Below are positions 1 to 8,445 of a stretch of 32,700 nt of DNA, piece by piece. Source of the stretch: Methanobacteriaceae archaeon. GTDB lineage: Archaea; Methanobacteriota; Methanobacteria; Methanobacteriales; Methanobacteriaceae. Under the pieces are notes generated by a model. It saw only the letters and a list, made by a program, of their open reading frames with translations, had not been told where the DNA came from and made no database searches. Within the stretch, counting starts at the first letter, position 1. Each line of letters starts with the position of its first letter. The translations under genes and the position numbers were made by a program. Location: contig WOYJ01000029.1 in assembly GCA_011620845.1 (NCBI GenBank), forward strand, positions 1 through 32,700, written 5' to 3'.

Positions 1-5
1 ATAGT

Positions 6-845
6 ATGAATCCCTATGTAGAAATAATAAGGCCTGGAAACGCTATTTTAACGGTTATAGCAGTCTTGCTTGTGGCATTTATAAGCGGAGTCTTTACCAT
101 AGATGTTTTAATAGCATGTGTCGTGGTTTTTATGGCCACGGGCTTTGGTAATGCGGTGAATGATTATTTTGATCATAAGATCGATGCGGTTAATAAACCG
201 GAAAGGCCTATTCCCTCTGGCCGGATGTCCTTGAAGAGGGCTGGATATTATTCACTGGCACTGGCCTTATTAGCCAATATTCTGGCAGTTTTATTCCTTG
301 GTCTTGTACCGGAATTAATTGTACTGGCCAGCACCCTGCTAATGTTTTATTACGCCCACACCCTTAAAAAGAAACTGTTAATTGGCAATTTTAGTATTTC
401 ATTTTTAACTGGACTTAGTTTTGTATTCGGGGGCGTAGTAGTAGGGACAACCATTGATTCCATCTATCTGGGCTTTTTCGCCTTCCTATCCACCATGATG
501 CGGGAGATAATTAAGGATATGGAGGATGTTAAAGGAGATAAGATGGAAGGGGCGGGTACACTGCCCATAGTTTATGGTATGAAGGCATCGTCTATCCTGG
601 GTGCGTCATTCATGATCTTCGCCAGCCTCACCAGCCCCATCCTGTACTTCCTGGGAATATTAACCATATGGTACCTACCCGTTCTTTTCGTCGCCATTTT
701 GATCTTCTTATCCTCTGCAGCATCCATATTAAGGGACCGCTCAACTGAAAATGCCCGTAGAATCTCAGGGAGGGTTAAAATTGGTATGATGGTCACCCTT
801 ATAGCTTATGCTGCTGGTTCACCCTTCTTGCTTTCCCTGCTTTAA
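6..845 (+). CDS. UbiA-family prenyltransferase, most likely digeranylgeranylglyceryl phosphate (DGGGP) synthase
   Basis: 279-aa polytopic membrane ORF. It has a first Asp-rich motif NAVNDYFDHKID (NxxxDxxxD) and a second acidic motif KDMEDVKGD. The N-terminus MNPYVEIIRPGN is typical of archaeal DGGGP synthases. Confidence 0.8.
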   Translation: MNPYVEIIRPGNAILTVIAVLLVAFISGVFTIDVLIACVVVFMATGFGNAVNDYFDHKIDAVNKPERPIPSGRMSLKRAGYYSLALALLANILAVLFLGLVPELIVLASTLLMFYYAHTLKKKLLIGNFSISFLTGLSFVFGGVVVGTTIDSIYLGFFAFLSTMMREIIKDMEDVKGDKMEGAGTLPIVYGMKASSILGASFMIFASLTSPILYFLGILTIWYLPVLFVAILIFLSSAASILRDRSTENARRISGRVKIGMMVTLIAYAAGSPFLLSLL

Positions 846-876
846 ATTCTTTATCATAAATTAACGGATTTAAAAA

Positions 877-1416
877 TCAATAATCACTCTTCCCAATCAC
901 GTACAGGTAAACACGGTCTTCCCGGTCAACTTCAAGGGGTGTCCATCCACTGAATGTCCATATATGGGAGACCACCCGGGTGCCGGGTTTAAGCTTCATT
1001 TGGAGTTTTTCCTTTAATTTTTCGTTGGTCTTCTGCCAGAGAAAAACAGTTACCACCGTAGCATCGCTTATGTCCTGGTTGAAGATATCTCCCCAGATGA
1101 TTTGAGTCCGCCTGTTAAGGCCCAGTAGTCTGAGTTTCACTCTGGACCAGAGAACCCGGAGTGGATCGGCTTCTATACCAATTCCTATGGCACGGTATTT
1201 GCGGGCTGCCTCCGCAACTATCCTCCCATCTCCTGATCCCAGATCGTAGACTACATCCCTGGAGTCCACCTCCGCCATATCCAGCATCTTATTTATCACC
1301 CTTTTAGAGGATGGTGACCAGGCAGCCCCTATAATAAGGGGCCACATGATTGAAATGGCGATAACTATGACTATAGCTATTATTAGGGGAAGGATTATAT
1401 CTATAAGATTAATCAA
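877..1416 (-). CDS. class I SAM-dependent methyltransferase with N-terminal membrane anchor
   Basis: 179-aa ORF with an N-terminal hydrophobic segment (IILPLIIAIVIVIAISIMWPLIIGAAW), followed by SAM-binding motif I VYDLGSGDGRIV and an acidic post-I residue (GIEAD). The substrate cannot be deduced. Confidence 0.7.
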   Translation of the reverse strand: MINLIDIILPLIIAIVIVIAISIMWPLIIGAAWSPSSKRVINKMLDMAEVDSRDVVYDLGSGDGRIVAEAARKYRAIGIGIEADPLRVLWSRVKLRLLGLNRRTQIIWGDIFNQDISDATVVTVFLWQKTNEKLKEKLQMKLKPGTRVVSHIWTFSGWTPLEVDREDRVYLYVIGKSDY

Positions 1417-1564
1417 ATTCTGAACCTCTTAGATTTTTATAGGGATTTGTACTATAAGTCTACTACTCACATTAAATTAAATCAAAGAATGTGCAAATTA
1501 ATATATAAATTGATGGTGTAATCAAAATGTTCTAAAAATTAGGTGCAATGAAATAGTTAAAGAA

Positions 1565-1614
1565 ATTAGTTAATTCAAGGTTAAAAGAGATTAGTGTAAT
1601 TCAAAGGTTAAAAG
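1565..1614. repeat. imperfect direct repeat (23 and 25 nt) upstream of tRNA-Ala
   Basis: ATTAGTTAATTCAAGGTTAAAAG (1565-1587) and ATTAGTGTAATTCAAAGGTTAAAAG (1590-1614) differ only by two 1-nt insertions. Confidence 0.7.
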
Positions 1615-1648
1615 TAATTTATTCCAGCATCTCGAATCAAAAAATTAG

Positions 1649-1721
1649 GGGCTGGTAGCTCAGGTGGTAGAGCGTTGCCTTCGCAAGGCAGAGGCCGCGG
1701 GTTCAAATCCCGCCCAGTCCA
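1649..1721 (+). tRNA. tRNA-Ala (anticodon CGC)
   Basis: Cloverleaf read by hand:
- Acceptor stem GGGCTGG/CCAGTCC with a G3:U70 pair, the alanine identity element.
- D arm GCTC-AGGTGGTA-GAGC.
- Anticodon stem TTGCC/GGCAG with loop TTCGCAA.
- T arm GCGGG-TTCAAAT-CCCGC.
- Discriminator A, with no encoded CCA. Confidence 0.93.
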
Positions 1722-1752
1722 TTTAAGGCCCGATAATAGGGAGGATAATAAA

Positions 1753-2472
1753 ATGTCTGAAAAACGAATAAAAGTAGTAGGAAACGGACCATATCTTGTT
1801 AAAGGCAATGTCCCGCTTTATAAGCAGATAATAGTAACTGATGAGGCAGGCCATACCAAGGAATTTAAGGATGAAAAGCAATATCCGGAAAAGGAAACTT
1901 ATATCCTCTGCCGCTGTGGTGAATCAAAGGACAAACCCTACTGTGATGGTACACATAACCATATTGATTTCGACGGTACTGAAGTAGCAAGCAGGAAGCC
2001 GTACGTGGAGAAAGCAGATATTTTTGAAGGGCCCGAGTTAAGATTAACCGATGTATATGAATTCTGCGACCATTCAAGATTCTGCATGCGGGCCGGGGGA
2101 ATCAGGAAACTCATAGGAAATTCAAATGACCCCGAGGCCAGGCAAACCGCCATAGAAGAAGCCATGATATGCCCCTCTGGAAGACTGGTTCTATGGGATA
2201 AAAAAACGGGTGAACCCTTTGAAAAGGAATATGAACAGTCCATAGTCCTGGTTCATGATGAACAGAAGAAGTGTGAAGGGCCACTATGGGTAAGGGGGAA
2301 GATACCCATTGAATCATCCGATGGCAGCGAATATGAAAAACGTAACAGAGTAACCCTGTGCCGCTGCGGTAAATCAGAAAACAAGCCGTACTGTGATGGT
2401 AGCCACTGGATGAACGCCGAACAGAAGCTTAAGTTCCAGAAGAAGTGGGGACTCGACAAAAAGACCGACTGA
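1753..2472 (+). CDS. CDGSH iron-sulfur domain protein (two CDGSH motifs)
   Basis: This is the frame of track ORF 1675..2472, but its first 26 codons overlap the tRNA. The ATG at 1753 is preceded by GGGAGGA (1739-1745). There are two motifs, CRCGESKDKPYCDGTH and CRCGKSENKPYCDGSH. Confidence 0.85.
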   Translation: MSEKRIKVVGNGPYLVKGNVPLYKQIIVTDEAGHTKEFKDEKQYPEKETYILCRCGESKDKPYCDGTHNHIDFDGTEVASRKPYVEKADIFEGPELRLTDVYEFCDHSRFCMRAGGIRKLIGNSNDPEARQTAIEEAMICPSGRLVLWDKKTGEPFEKEYEQSIVLVHDEQKKCEGPLWVRGKIPIESSDGSEYEKRNRVTLCRCGKSENKPYCDGSHWMNAEQKLKFQKKWGLDKKTD

Positions 2473-2510
2473 ATTACATCTATAAATATTATAAAAAAAT
2501 TAGAGAAAAT

Positions 2511-3191
2511 ATGGGCCTATCTTCTATACTCGGTTACTTCGAGTCTTTAATTGAAGCTAATACGCCCTTTATTGTAAACAATGCACCATGGGCAGTATTT
2601 TTAGGATGCATAGTAGAACAGGTAATTGCCCCTATACCGGCCAGTCTCATAGTTTTAACCGCAACATTCCTGGTCATGCAGGGGGATGCCTTTTCCTTAG
2701 CATCTCTCGCGACTTTAATAGTTAAAATTGTAATCCCTGCATCGCTGGGTATGACTTTAGGGTCATTTTTCTACTACCTATTAGCTTACAGGTTTGGTAA
2801 ACCTTTCATTGGAAAAACCAGCCGCTTTTTAGGAGTCACTGTAGAAGATGTGGAGAACGTTGAAAGGCAGTTTAAGGAAAGCAGATACGAAGATATCTTC
2901 ATGTTCTTAGCCCGGTGTTTCCCAGTGATACCCAGTATAGCTTTAAACCTGTTCTGTGGCCTGGTAAGATACGATCTAAAGAAATATGTTATAACCATCT
3001 TTTTTGGGTCAGTAGTGCAGATGTTAGGTTGGGGGATCGTGGCTTGGTTGTTCGGAAGCGTCTATGAAACACTAGAGGATACGGTATACTTATTAGGTAA
3101 TGTTTCAGTACTTTGTATAGTCTTTCTCCTTATTTGGTTTGTAGTTATGAAAAAAAGAGGCAGTGATAGAGGGAATATGGATAAAAGGTAA
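2511..3191 (+). CDS. DedA/VTT (SNARE-associated) family membrane protein
   Basis: The ATG at 2511 is M23 of track ORF 2445..3191; the upstream codons overlap the CDGSH gene. The protein is polytopic, with a re-entrant-loop-like segment VEQVIAPIPASLIVLTA and a second FPVIPSIALNLFCG. A GKPF segment sits between them, as in DedA proteins. Confidence 0.65.
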   Translation: MGLSSILGYFESLIEANTPFIVNNAPWAVFLGCIVEQVIAPIPASLIVLTATFLVMQGDAFSLASLATLIVKIVIPASLGMTLGSFFYYLLAYRFGKPFIGKTSRFLGVTVEDVENVERQFKESRYEDIFMFLARCFPVIPSIALNLFCGLVRYDLKKYVITIFFGSVVQMLGWGIVAWLFGSVYETLEDTVYLLGNVSVLCIVFLLIWFVVMKKRGSDRGNMDKR

Positions 3192-4082
3192 TAAGGACAG
3201 GTATAAGCATGAACTACCAGTCTTACTATACCATGTTAAAAGAATCTTAATCATAGTACTCGTCCTTAACATAGGAGTTGCCCTGGCCAAGATAATCTAT
3301 GGATACTGGACTAATTCCTTAAGCATAATCTCAGACGGATTCCACTCCCTATTTGATGGCACATCGAATGTCATCGGGATCATAGGTATCACCATAGCTT
3401 CCCGTCTCCCGGATAAGATCCACACCTATGGCCATGAAAAATTCGAAACCTTCGCTTCCATGGGGATTACATTTTTATTATTTATAACCTGTTTTGAGAT
3501 TCTACAATCTGCCTTTGGCCGGTTTTATCACCCAGAAATCCCTGAGATCACCATATTGGGCTTCCTCATCATGGGAATAACCTTCATCATTAACCTGGTT
3601 GTATCCTGGTATGAAAACAGGGAGGGGGAGAAATTAAAAAGCAATATACTGGTGGCTGATGCCAGACACACCAGGAGCGATGTATATGTGTCTATAGCTG
3701 TTATTTTAGGATTTATTGCCATTCAAATGGGTTTCAGCATAGTTGATCCTATCATCGCAGTTATAATAGCAGTACTAATTGCTAAGATGGGAATTCAGAT
3801 AATCAAAAGCAGTTCCAGTATCCTCCTAGACACGGCACCCCTGGATGAGGAGACAATTAGGAGCATAGTCAGTAAAGTTCCGGAGGTTAAAGAATGCCAC
3901 CGGATACGCTCCAGAGGTCAGTCTTCCCACATATTTGTAGACTTCCATGTGACTCTGGAATCCTTATCATCCCTTTCAGAGCCCATGAAGTAGCATATGT
4001 AGTGGAGGATAAATTGAAAAGTTCCATTCCTGAAATTGAGGATGTGGTGGTCCACGTGGAAGGTGACTCAGATAACTTTTAA
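3163..4082 (+). pseudogene. cation diffusion facilitator (CDF) metal efflux transporter, reading frame broken near 3976-3981
   Basis: Frame 1 (3163..3993) has the CDF TM domain with HSLFD (TM2) and HTRSD (TM5) metal-site motifs. It ends ...FVDFHVTLESLSSLSEPMK*. The +1-shifted frame (track ORF 3894..4082) continues with AHEVAYVVEDKLKSSIPEIEDVVVHVEGDSDNF, the expected end of the CDF cytoplasmic domain. One missing base at tcagag/gcccat would join them. Confidence 0.65.
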
Positions 4083-4117
4083 GTAACCTTCGAGATATTA
4101 AGATAAAGGTTAAAAAC

Positions 4118-4693
4118 ATGTACATCTGTTTAGAAGGTATCGATGGTTCTGGTAAATCCACCCAGATCACGTTGCTTGAGAAATGGCTTAACGATATTGG
4201 CCAGGAGGTCCTGCGAGTCCGGGAACCTACACAATCTGATGTGGGGGTTTTGCTCCGAAAGATGCTGGCCAGTTCCCAGGCGACAGAGGAAAACGTCCAG
4301 AGAACCCTGGCCCTGCTTTTTGCAGCGGATCGAACCGTTTTAATGAAGGAAATAGAGGAAGCAAAATCTGCAGGTAACGTGGTGATAAGTGATCGATGCT
4401 TCTATTCCAGTATGGTGTATCAAAATGATATAGAATGGATATCCCAGATAAACAAATACGCGAAAAGGCCGGATATAACCATACTGCTTGATCTGGAGAC
4501 TGAAACTGCACTTAAAAGATGTGAGGGCAAGGATCACTTCGAAAATATGGATTTTCTAAAGAATGTCAGAGATAAATATCTGGAACTGGCAGAAAAAGAA
4601 GATTTCTACGTTATAAACGCTAATAATGGTATAAACAAGGTACATGATGATATAAAGAGGGTTCTCTCACCTAAATTTGGAGTCTGTATCTGA
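4118..4693 (+). CDS. tmk: thymidylate (dTMP) kinase
   Basis: N-terminal P-loop LEGIDGSGKSTQ, a DR(Y/F)-type motif ISDRCFYSS, and a 191-aa length typical of Tmk. Confidence 0.9.
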   Translation: MYICLEGIDGSGKSTQITLLEKWLNDIGQEVLRVREPTQSDVGVLLRKMLASSQATEENVQRTLALLFAADRTVLMKEIEEAKSAGNVVISDRCFYSSMVYQNDIEWISQINKYAKRPDITILLDLETETALKRCEGKDHFENMDFLKNVRDKYLELAEKEDFYVINANNGINKVHDDIKRVLSPKFGVCI

Positions 4694-4870
4694 ATTACTT
4701 CGTTTAAAAAATAATATCAAAAAAAATTGAATCACCATAAAAAAAATTTAAGTACTATTTTCACCATAATAATCTTTAATTAGGCTTAAATAGGAAAAAA
4801 TTGGAATATCAAGATGTATGGAATATTTAAAGGTAATACAAATAATCAAGAAAGAGGAGTGTTCTTTTAG

Positions 4871-5287
4871 ATGATGGACAAGGATGAACTCATAGACATG
4901 ATAATAACCACGCCTATAGAGAAGATTGAAGGTCCTGAAGATGTCTGGGAAGCACATATAGACCTTGGAGATGATAAAACACTGGTGGTTGGGTATAAAG
5001 GAGAGGAGGATTTCTGTGATGAATCTGATGAGGAATGTGTGGTGACCTATTCCTGGTACTGGGAACTTCGTAACTCAGACAGCTGGGATCTTATACAGGA
5101 AAACCGCGATGGCGACCTGACTTTCTGTACGCCTTCACAGAAGGAGCCCTGGAGTGATGAAAGCACCTTCGAGGAGATCGGTGACCTGTCCAGCTCAAAG
5201 ATATGTACCTTCAGCGACCAGAACCATATAGAGGATATAGCTCCAGATATAGCCGATGAAATCACCGACTGGTTGGAGAAAGATTGA
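4871..5287 (+). CDS. hypothetical, extremely acidic small protein
   Basis: 138-aa ORF preceded by GAGGAG (4854-4859). My count is 41 D+E against about 9 K+R. It has several Trp residues and no TM segment, and I recognise no family. Confidence 0.55.
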   Translation: MMDKDELIDMIITTPIEKIEGPEDVWEAHIDLGDDKTLVVGYKGEEDFCDESDEECVVTYSWYWELRNSDSWDLIQENRDGDLTFCTPSQKEPWSDESTFEEIGDLSSSKICTFSDQNHIEDIAPDIADEITDWLEKD

Positions 5288-5393
5288 AAAAAAATCTAGT
5301 ACATTCACTGATAAAAACGGATCCTTTAACGATTGATAAATGAATACTTTAATGATATACGAACAAATTACTTATTTTTATTTAAAAAAAGAG

Positions 5394-5615
5394 TTAAGGA
5401 CCACTTAATTCCTTAATTCTTTCATTTAGTGCCTTGACTATATAGTCCCTGGCTTCTTCCAGTTTTTCTTTTTCTCCTAATAGGTAGGGACCGTCTTCGG
5501 TTTGTTTGACGGTAATTTCTGGATATTCCTCCAGTAACTTGGCCAGGATCTGTCCGTGTACTCCCCGAGGGATCATCATTTCGTACTTGGTAACTTCTTC
5601 TTCCATGGAAATCAA
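5394..5615 (-). CDS. hypothetical small protein (73 aa), probably co-transcribed with tyrS
   Basis: The ORF lies 48 nt downstream of tyrS on the same strand. I verified the translation codon by codon, and it has a TTG start at 5613-5615. The composition is charged and helical, and I recognise no family. Confidence 0.55.
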   Translation of the reverse strand: MISMEEEVTKYEMMIPRGVHGQILAKLLEEYPEITVKQTEDGPYLLGEKEKLEEARDYIVKALNERIKELSGP

Positions 5616-5663
5616 CTCTTTTTAATATAAATTATCTATTATGTTTAAATATTACATTCCTGG

Positions 5664-6626
5664 TTAATTGTCCTTTAAATATTTCCTTACAGGCTCAAAT
5701 ATTTGGATAAGCTTATCAGCCACTGCATTTTTAAGGTCCAGAGGATGCAATTCCTTCTTCTGGTAGGTATCCTTTAACTGCTCCTGGGTTAATTCCAGGT
5801 TCCCCCCGAATTTGGGTGGTCTTTCTATGAGCAAGATACGAGTTTCAGTGAAAATAAAATGTTCAGCTATCTCTATGATGGGATTACCTTCCACCTGGCC
5901 CTGTGGACAGTAGCTCTTCTTAATTTTTGCTTTTATTTCCTCAGGTGTATCATCGATGGCTATGAAATTCTCCTTAGAGGAAGACATCTTATCTGATCCA
6001 TCAGTCCCATGTAACAGGGGCGTATGTATACAGACGGGGGGTTCATACCCCATTTTGGGTAGGTTCTCACGGGCGAGCATGTGTATCTTACGCTGCTCCA
6101 TCCCCCCCAGTGCCAGGTCTGTTTCTAAAAACATCATGTCTATAACCTGCATGAGGGGGTAGATGACCTCGGCCACCTTATGGTCTTTGCTTTCCCTGGT
6201 TATCTGGGCCATGCTCCTTTTAGCCCGGGCCAGGGTGGTTGATAGAGCTAATTCATATACCTTGTAGGTGTAATCCTCCCCGGTCTGGAAGGTGGAGCCT
6301 AAAATGAACTCGGTATCCTCACCTAAACCCAGGGCACGGAAACATCTTATGTTATAGTCTGAGATTTCTTTGATCTCCTCCAGACTTCCCTTACCATTTA
6401 AGTAGGCATGTAGGTCGGCCAGGAGGATTTTGATTTTAAAGCCAGCTTCCTGGAGGTTCATCATCTTCCGGATGGTGATGGCATGTCCTAAATGGATCTT
6501 ACCAGAGGGTTCAAAGCCGATGTAGGCCGTCTTTGTTTCCTTTTTGATCTTATCCTCCAGTTCCTCCCGGGTTACTATTTCCAAAGTGCCTCTACTTATC
6601 AGTTCTATTTTAGATTCTAATCCCAT
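5664..6626 (-). CDS. tyrS: tyrosine--tRNA ligase (archaeal type)
   Basis: It has the HIGH-type motif [13 protein letters not shown] and the KMSKS-type motif DKMSSSK. From memory it is collinear with Methanocaldococcus jannaschii TyrRS ([15 protein letters not shown]..., [37 protein letters not shown]). Confidence 0.97.
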   Translation of the reverse strand: MGLESKIELISRGTLEIVTREELEDKIKKETKTAYIGFEPSGKIHLGHAITIRKMMNLQEAGFKIKILLADLHAYLNGKGSLEEIKEISDYNIRCFRALGLGEDTEFILGSTFQTGEDYTYKVYELALSTTLARAKRSMAQITRESKDHKVAEVIYPLMQVIDMMFLETDLALGGMEQRKIHMLARENLPKMGYEPPVCIHTPLLHGTDGSDKMSSSKENFIAIDDTPEEIKAKIKKSYCPQGQVEGNPIIEIAEHFIFTETRILLIERPPKFGGNLELTQEQLKDTYQKKELHPLDLKNAVADKLIQIFEPVRKYLKDN

Positions 6627-6696
6627 TCTATCACTATTAGTTTGAATATGAAAAATTTACCTTATTGCAAAATTTACCTAATTTGTACCTATTAGT

Positions 6697-7752
6697 TTAA
6701 TCTAATAAATAAAAAACGTTACCTATCTCCACCACTTTTACCTCTTCTCCAATGGTGATGGGGGGAGAGTCCTGGTGGATGGCGATATCCACCGGTTGGT
6801 AAGTTTCGGGGTGTAAAATCTGGATGGATTCTGGTGTTTTAGATGAGACCAGGACTGATTTGACTTCGTCTTTCCTGGCCACCACTTCCAGTTTCCCAGC
6901 GGACTTCCAGGGTATCGATATTCTCTCTGAGGATTCTAAATCCTTTAAGTAAATTTTACTCCCATCGTAACCAGTTACCTGATTCGGTAAATCATGGTAT
7001 TTAACGAAATCACCCTTCAGAAAGTGGGGGAGTCTTAAAAGTATCCAAACCCTGTAGAGATCCTTTCCCGCACTTTTGTCACGGCCCATTAATCGGGGCG
7101 ATTTGTTAATCATCCCTCCCAATTTGTTTTTAAGTGATTCAGTGAGTTTTCGGGCGACCTTGTAAGAACCGATGTAGTAGTCTACTCCCTCTTTTATCTG
7201 GGTCCTCTGGGAGATGTAGGCCATTCTGTTTTCCTGGGAAAGCTTTTCCAATCGTGTCCTTAAATCTTCATCGGCAGTTTCAATTTCCTCTGCAGAAAGG
7301 CTCCTGTCATCTGCCCTTAACTGTATAACCGCCTCATAGTATCCTGATGCATACTTGCTGCACTCGCTGCAGACGGTCTTATCTATTTTAACCTTCACCA
7401 GGAATTCCTGAGACACTTCTCCACCTAAAACCTGTCCAGTTACTTTAATTAGAAATTCAAGGATTGATCCACGGACATTTTCAAGTTCAAGCACTATATT
7501 GGTGTCTGATGCTAACTCAGAAACTTCGATATGTTCTAAAATAGTTTCAACCGCCTGGTCTTCAAGGAACAGGTTCGAATCGTACCATCTACCTTTTTTC
7601 TGGACTGATCCGCACTGGGTGCAGGTGGTTAAATTTATTTCATCCGGAACAGTAATTAGATTGAAATCTTCAATAAAACAAGAGCGGCAGAGACCATTGA
7701 AAAGTTCTTCATCAGTCTTTCCACACCGGGGGCAGAATGCTTTACCTTTCAA
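6697..7752 (-). CDS. NMD3-family protein (archaeal homologue of the 60S export adaptor)
   Basis: The N-terminal zinc-binding cluster is CPRCGK...CRSC followed by CTQCGS...; a later CSEC is also present. The 351-aa length and the neighbouring ribosome and translation genes fit this family. Confidence 0.8.
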   Translation of the reverse strand: MKGKAFCPRCGKTDEELFNGLCRSCFIEDFNLITVPDEINLTTCTQCGSVQKKGRWYDSNLFLEDQAVETILEHIEVSELASDTNIVLELENVRGSILEFLIKVTGQVLGGEVSQEFLVKVKIDKTVCSECSKYASGYYEAVIQLRADDRSLSAEEIETADEDLRTRLEKLSQENRMAYISQRTQIKEGVDYYIGSYKVARKLTESLKNKLGGMINKSPRLMGRDKSAGKDLYRVWILLRLPHFLKGDFVKYHDLPNQVTGYDGSKIYLKDLESSERISIPWKSAGKLEVVARKDEVKSVLVSSKTPESIQILHPETYQPVDIAIHQDSPPITIGEEVKVVEIGNVFYLLD

Positions 7753-7840
7753 TATTATCTCTACTCAAAAAATTTTGTAATAAAAAAAATTCTATTTATT
7801 TAACCCCGTAAGTAATATCATTGGGGGACAAATCCCAAAT

Positions 7841-8248
7841 TTAAAGGGTTTTAAGGGGGGCTTTAGCACCGCAGGCTTCACATTTAAGCAGGAATATGCG
7901 GTCTTCCCTTATTATGCGAGTGTCCGGCCTGTTGCATTCATGACACATGATGAATCTTTGCACGTAGTCATCTATCCTGTCGTTTATGAGATAGTGGGTG
8001 AATTTTCCCTGCATTATGGCCCGGCTACCCTCCAGGTTTCCTGCTGTACCCAGCTCCCTTAGAAGGAACTTCAGAATATGCTGGGGATCCCGGTTAAGGG
8101 CATCTGCGATCTCTGAAAAATTCTGGATAATGGTCCGATTACCCTGTATCATGGAGTATGCTTTAGGAACCTGGAATCTCTTGGTTTCCAGTACTTTCTG
8201 GGGCAGTTGATCTATGGCCCGGTCTAATAATTCGTTATAATCGCTCAT
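7841..8248 (-). CDS. eif2b: translation initiation factor 2 subunit beta (aIF2-beta)
   Basis: 135 aa, with the conserved core [17 protein letters not shown] and the C-terminal zinc ribbon CHECNRPDT...CEACGA. AGGAGG lies upstream of the ATG. Confidence 0.93.
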   Translation of the reverse strand: MSDYNELLDRAIDQLPQKVLETKRFQVPKAYSMIQGNRTIIQNFSEIADALNRDPQHILKFLLRELGTAGNLEGSRAIMQGKFTHYLINDRIDDYVQRFIMCHECNRPDTRIIREDRIFLLKCEACGAKAPLKTL

Positions 8249-8337
8249 GGTAAAAAACCTCCTGTAAATAAAAATAAACTGTTTAGTAGTGAGATAAATT
8301 TAGATATTAATAGTTAAACTTCTGGCTATATATATTA

Positions 8338-8400
8338 TTTCCCTTACCTAGATCCTATCTAGATAATATTTCCCTACTTAGAAAAAAGTTCCCTACCAAG
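8338..8400 (-). promoter_or_regulatory. three copies of a GTA(A)GGGAA motif plus a small palindrome, upstream of the eif2b TATA-like box
   Basis: On the minus strand the region reads GGTAGGGAAC, AGTAGGGAAA and GGTAAGGGAAA. The palindrome CTAGAT-CCT-ATCTAG lies between the last two copies. A TATATATA tract (8327-8335) follows, about 80 nt before the eif2b ATG. Confidence 0.35.
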
Positions 8401-8434
8401 GAAAAATAGGATAAAAATTCGGAAAATCAACCTC

Positions 8435-8441
8435 AAAAAAA
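8435..8441 (-). terminator. oligo-T tract (T7 on minus strand) just after the MCM stop
   Basis: An A7 run on the plus strand lies 5 nt beyond the MCM stop codon. Archaeal intrinsic termination uses T-tracts. Confidence 0.4.
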
Positions 8442-8445
8442 TGAA

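Noticed and set aside
1608-1808. Track ORF 1608..1808 (minus strand), and the first 26 codons of track ORF 1675..2472.
   Set aside because: Both run through the tRNA-Ala gene. The real CDGSH gene has an ATG with a good RBS at 1753, so these are read-through artefacts of ORF calling.
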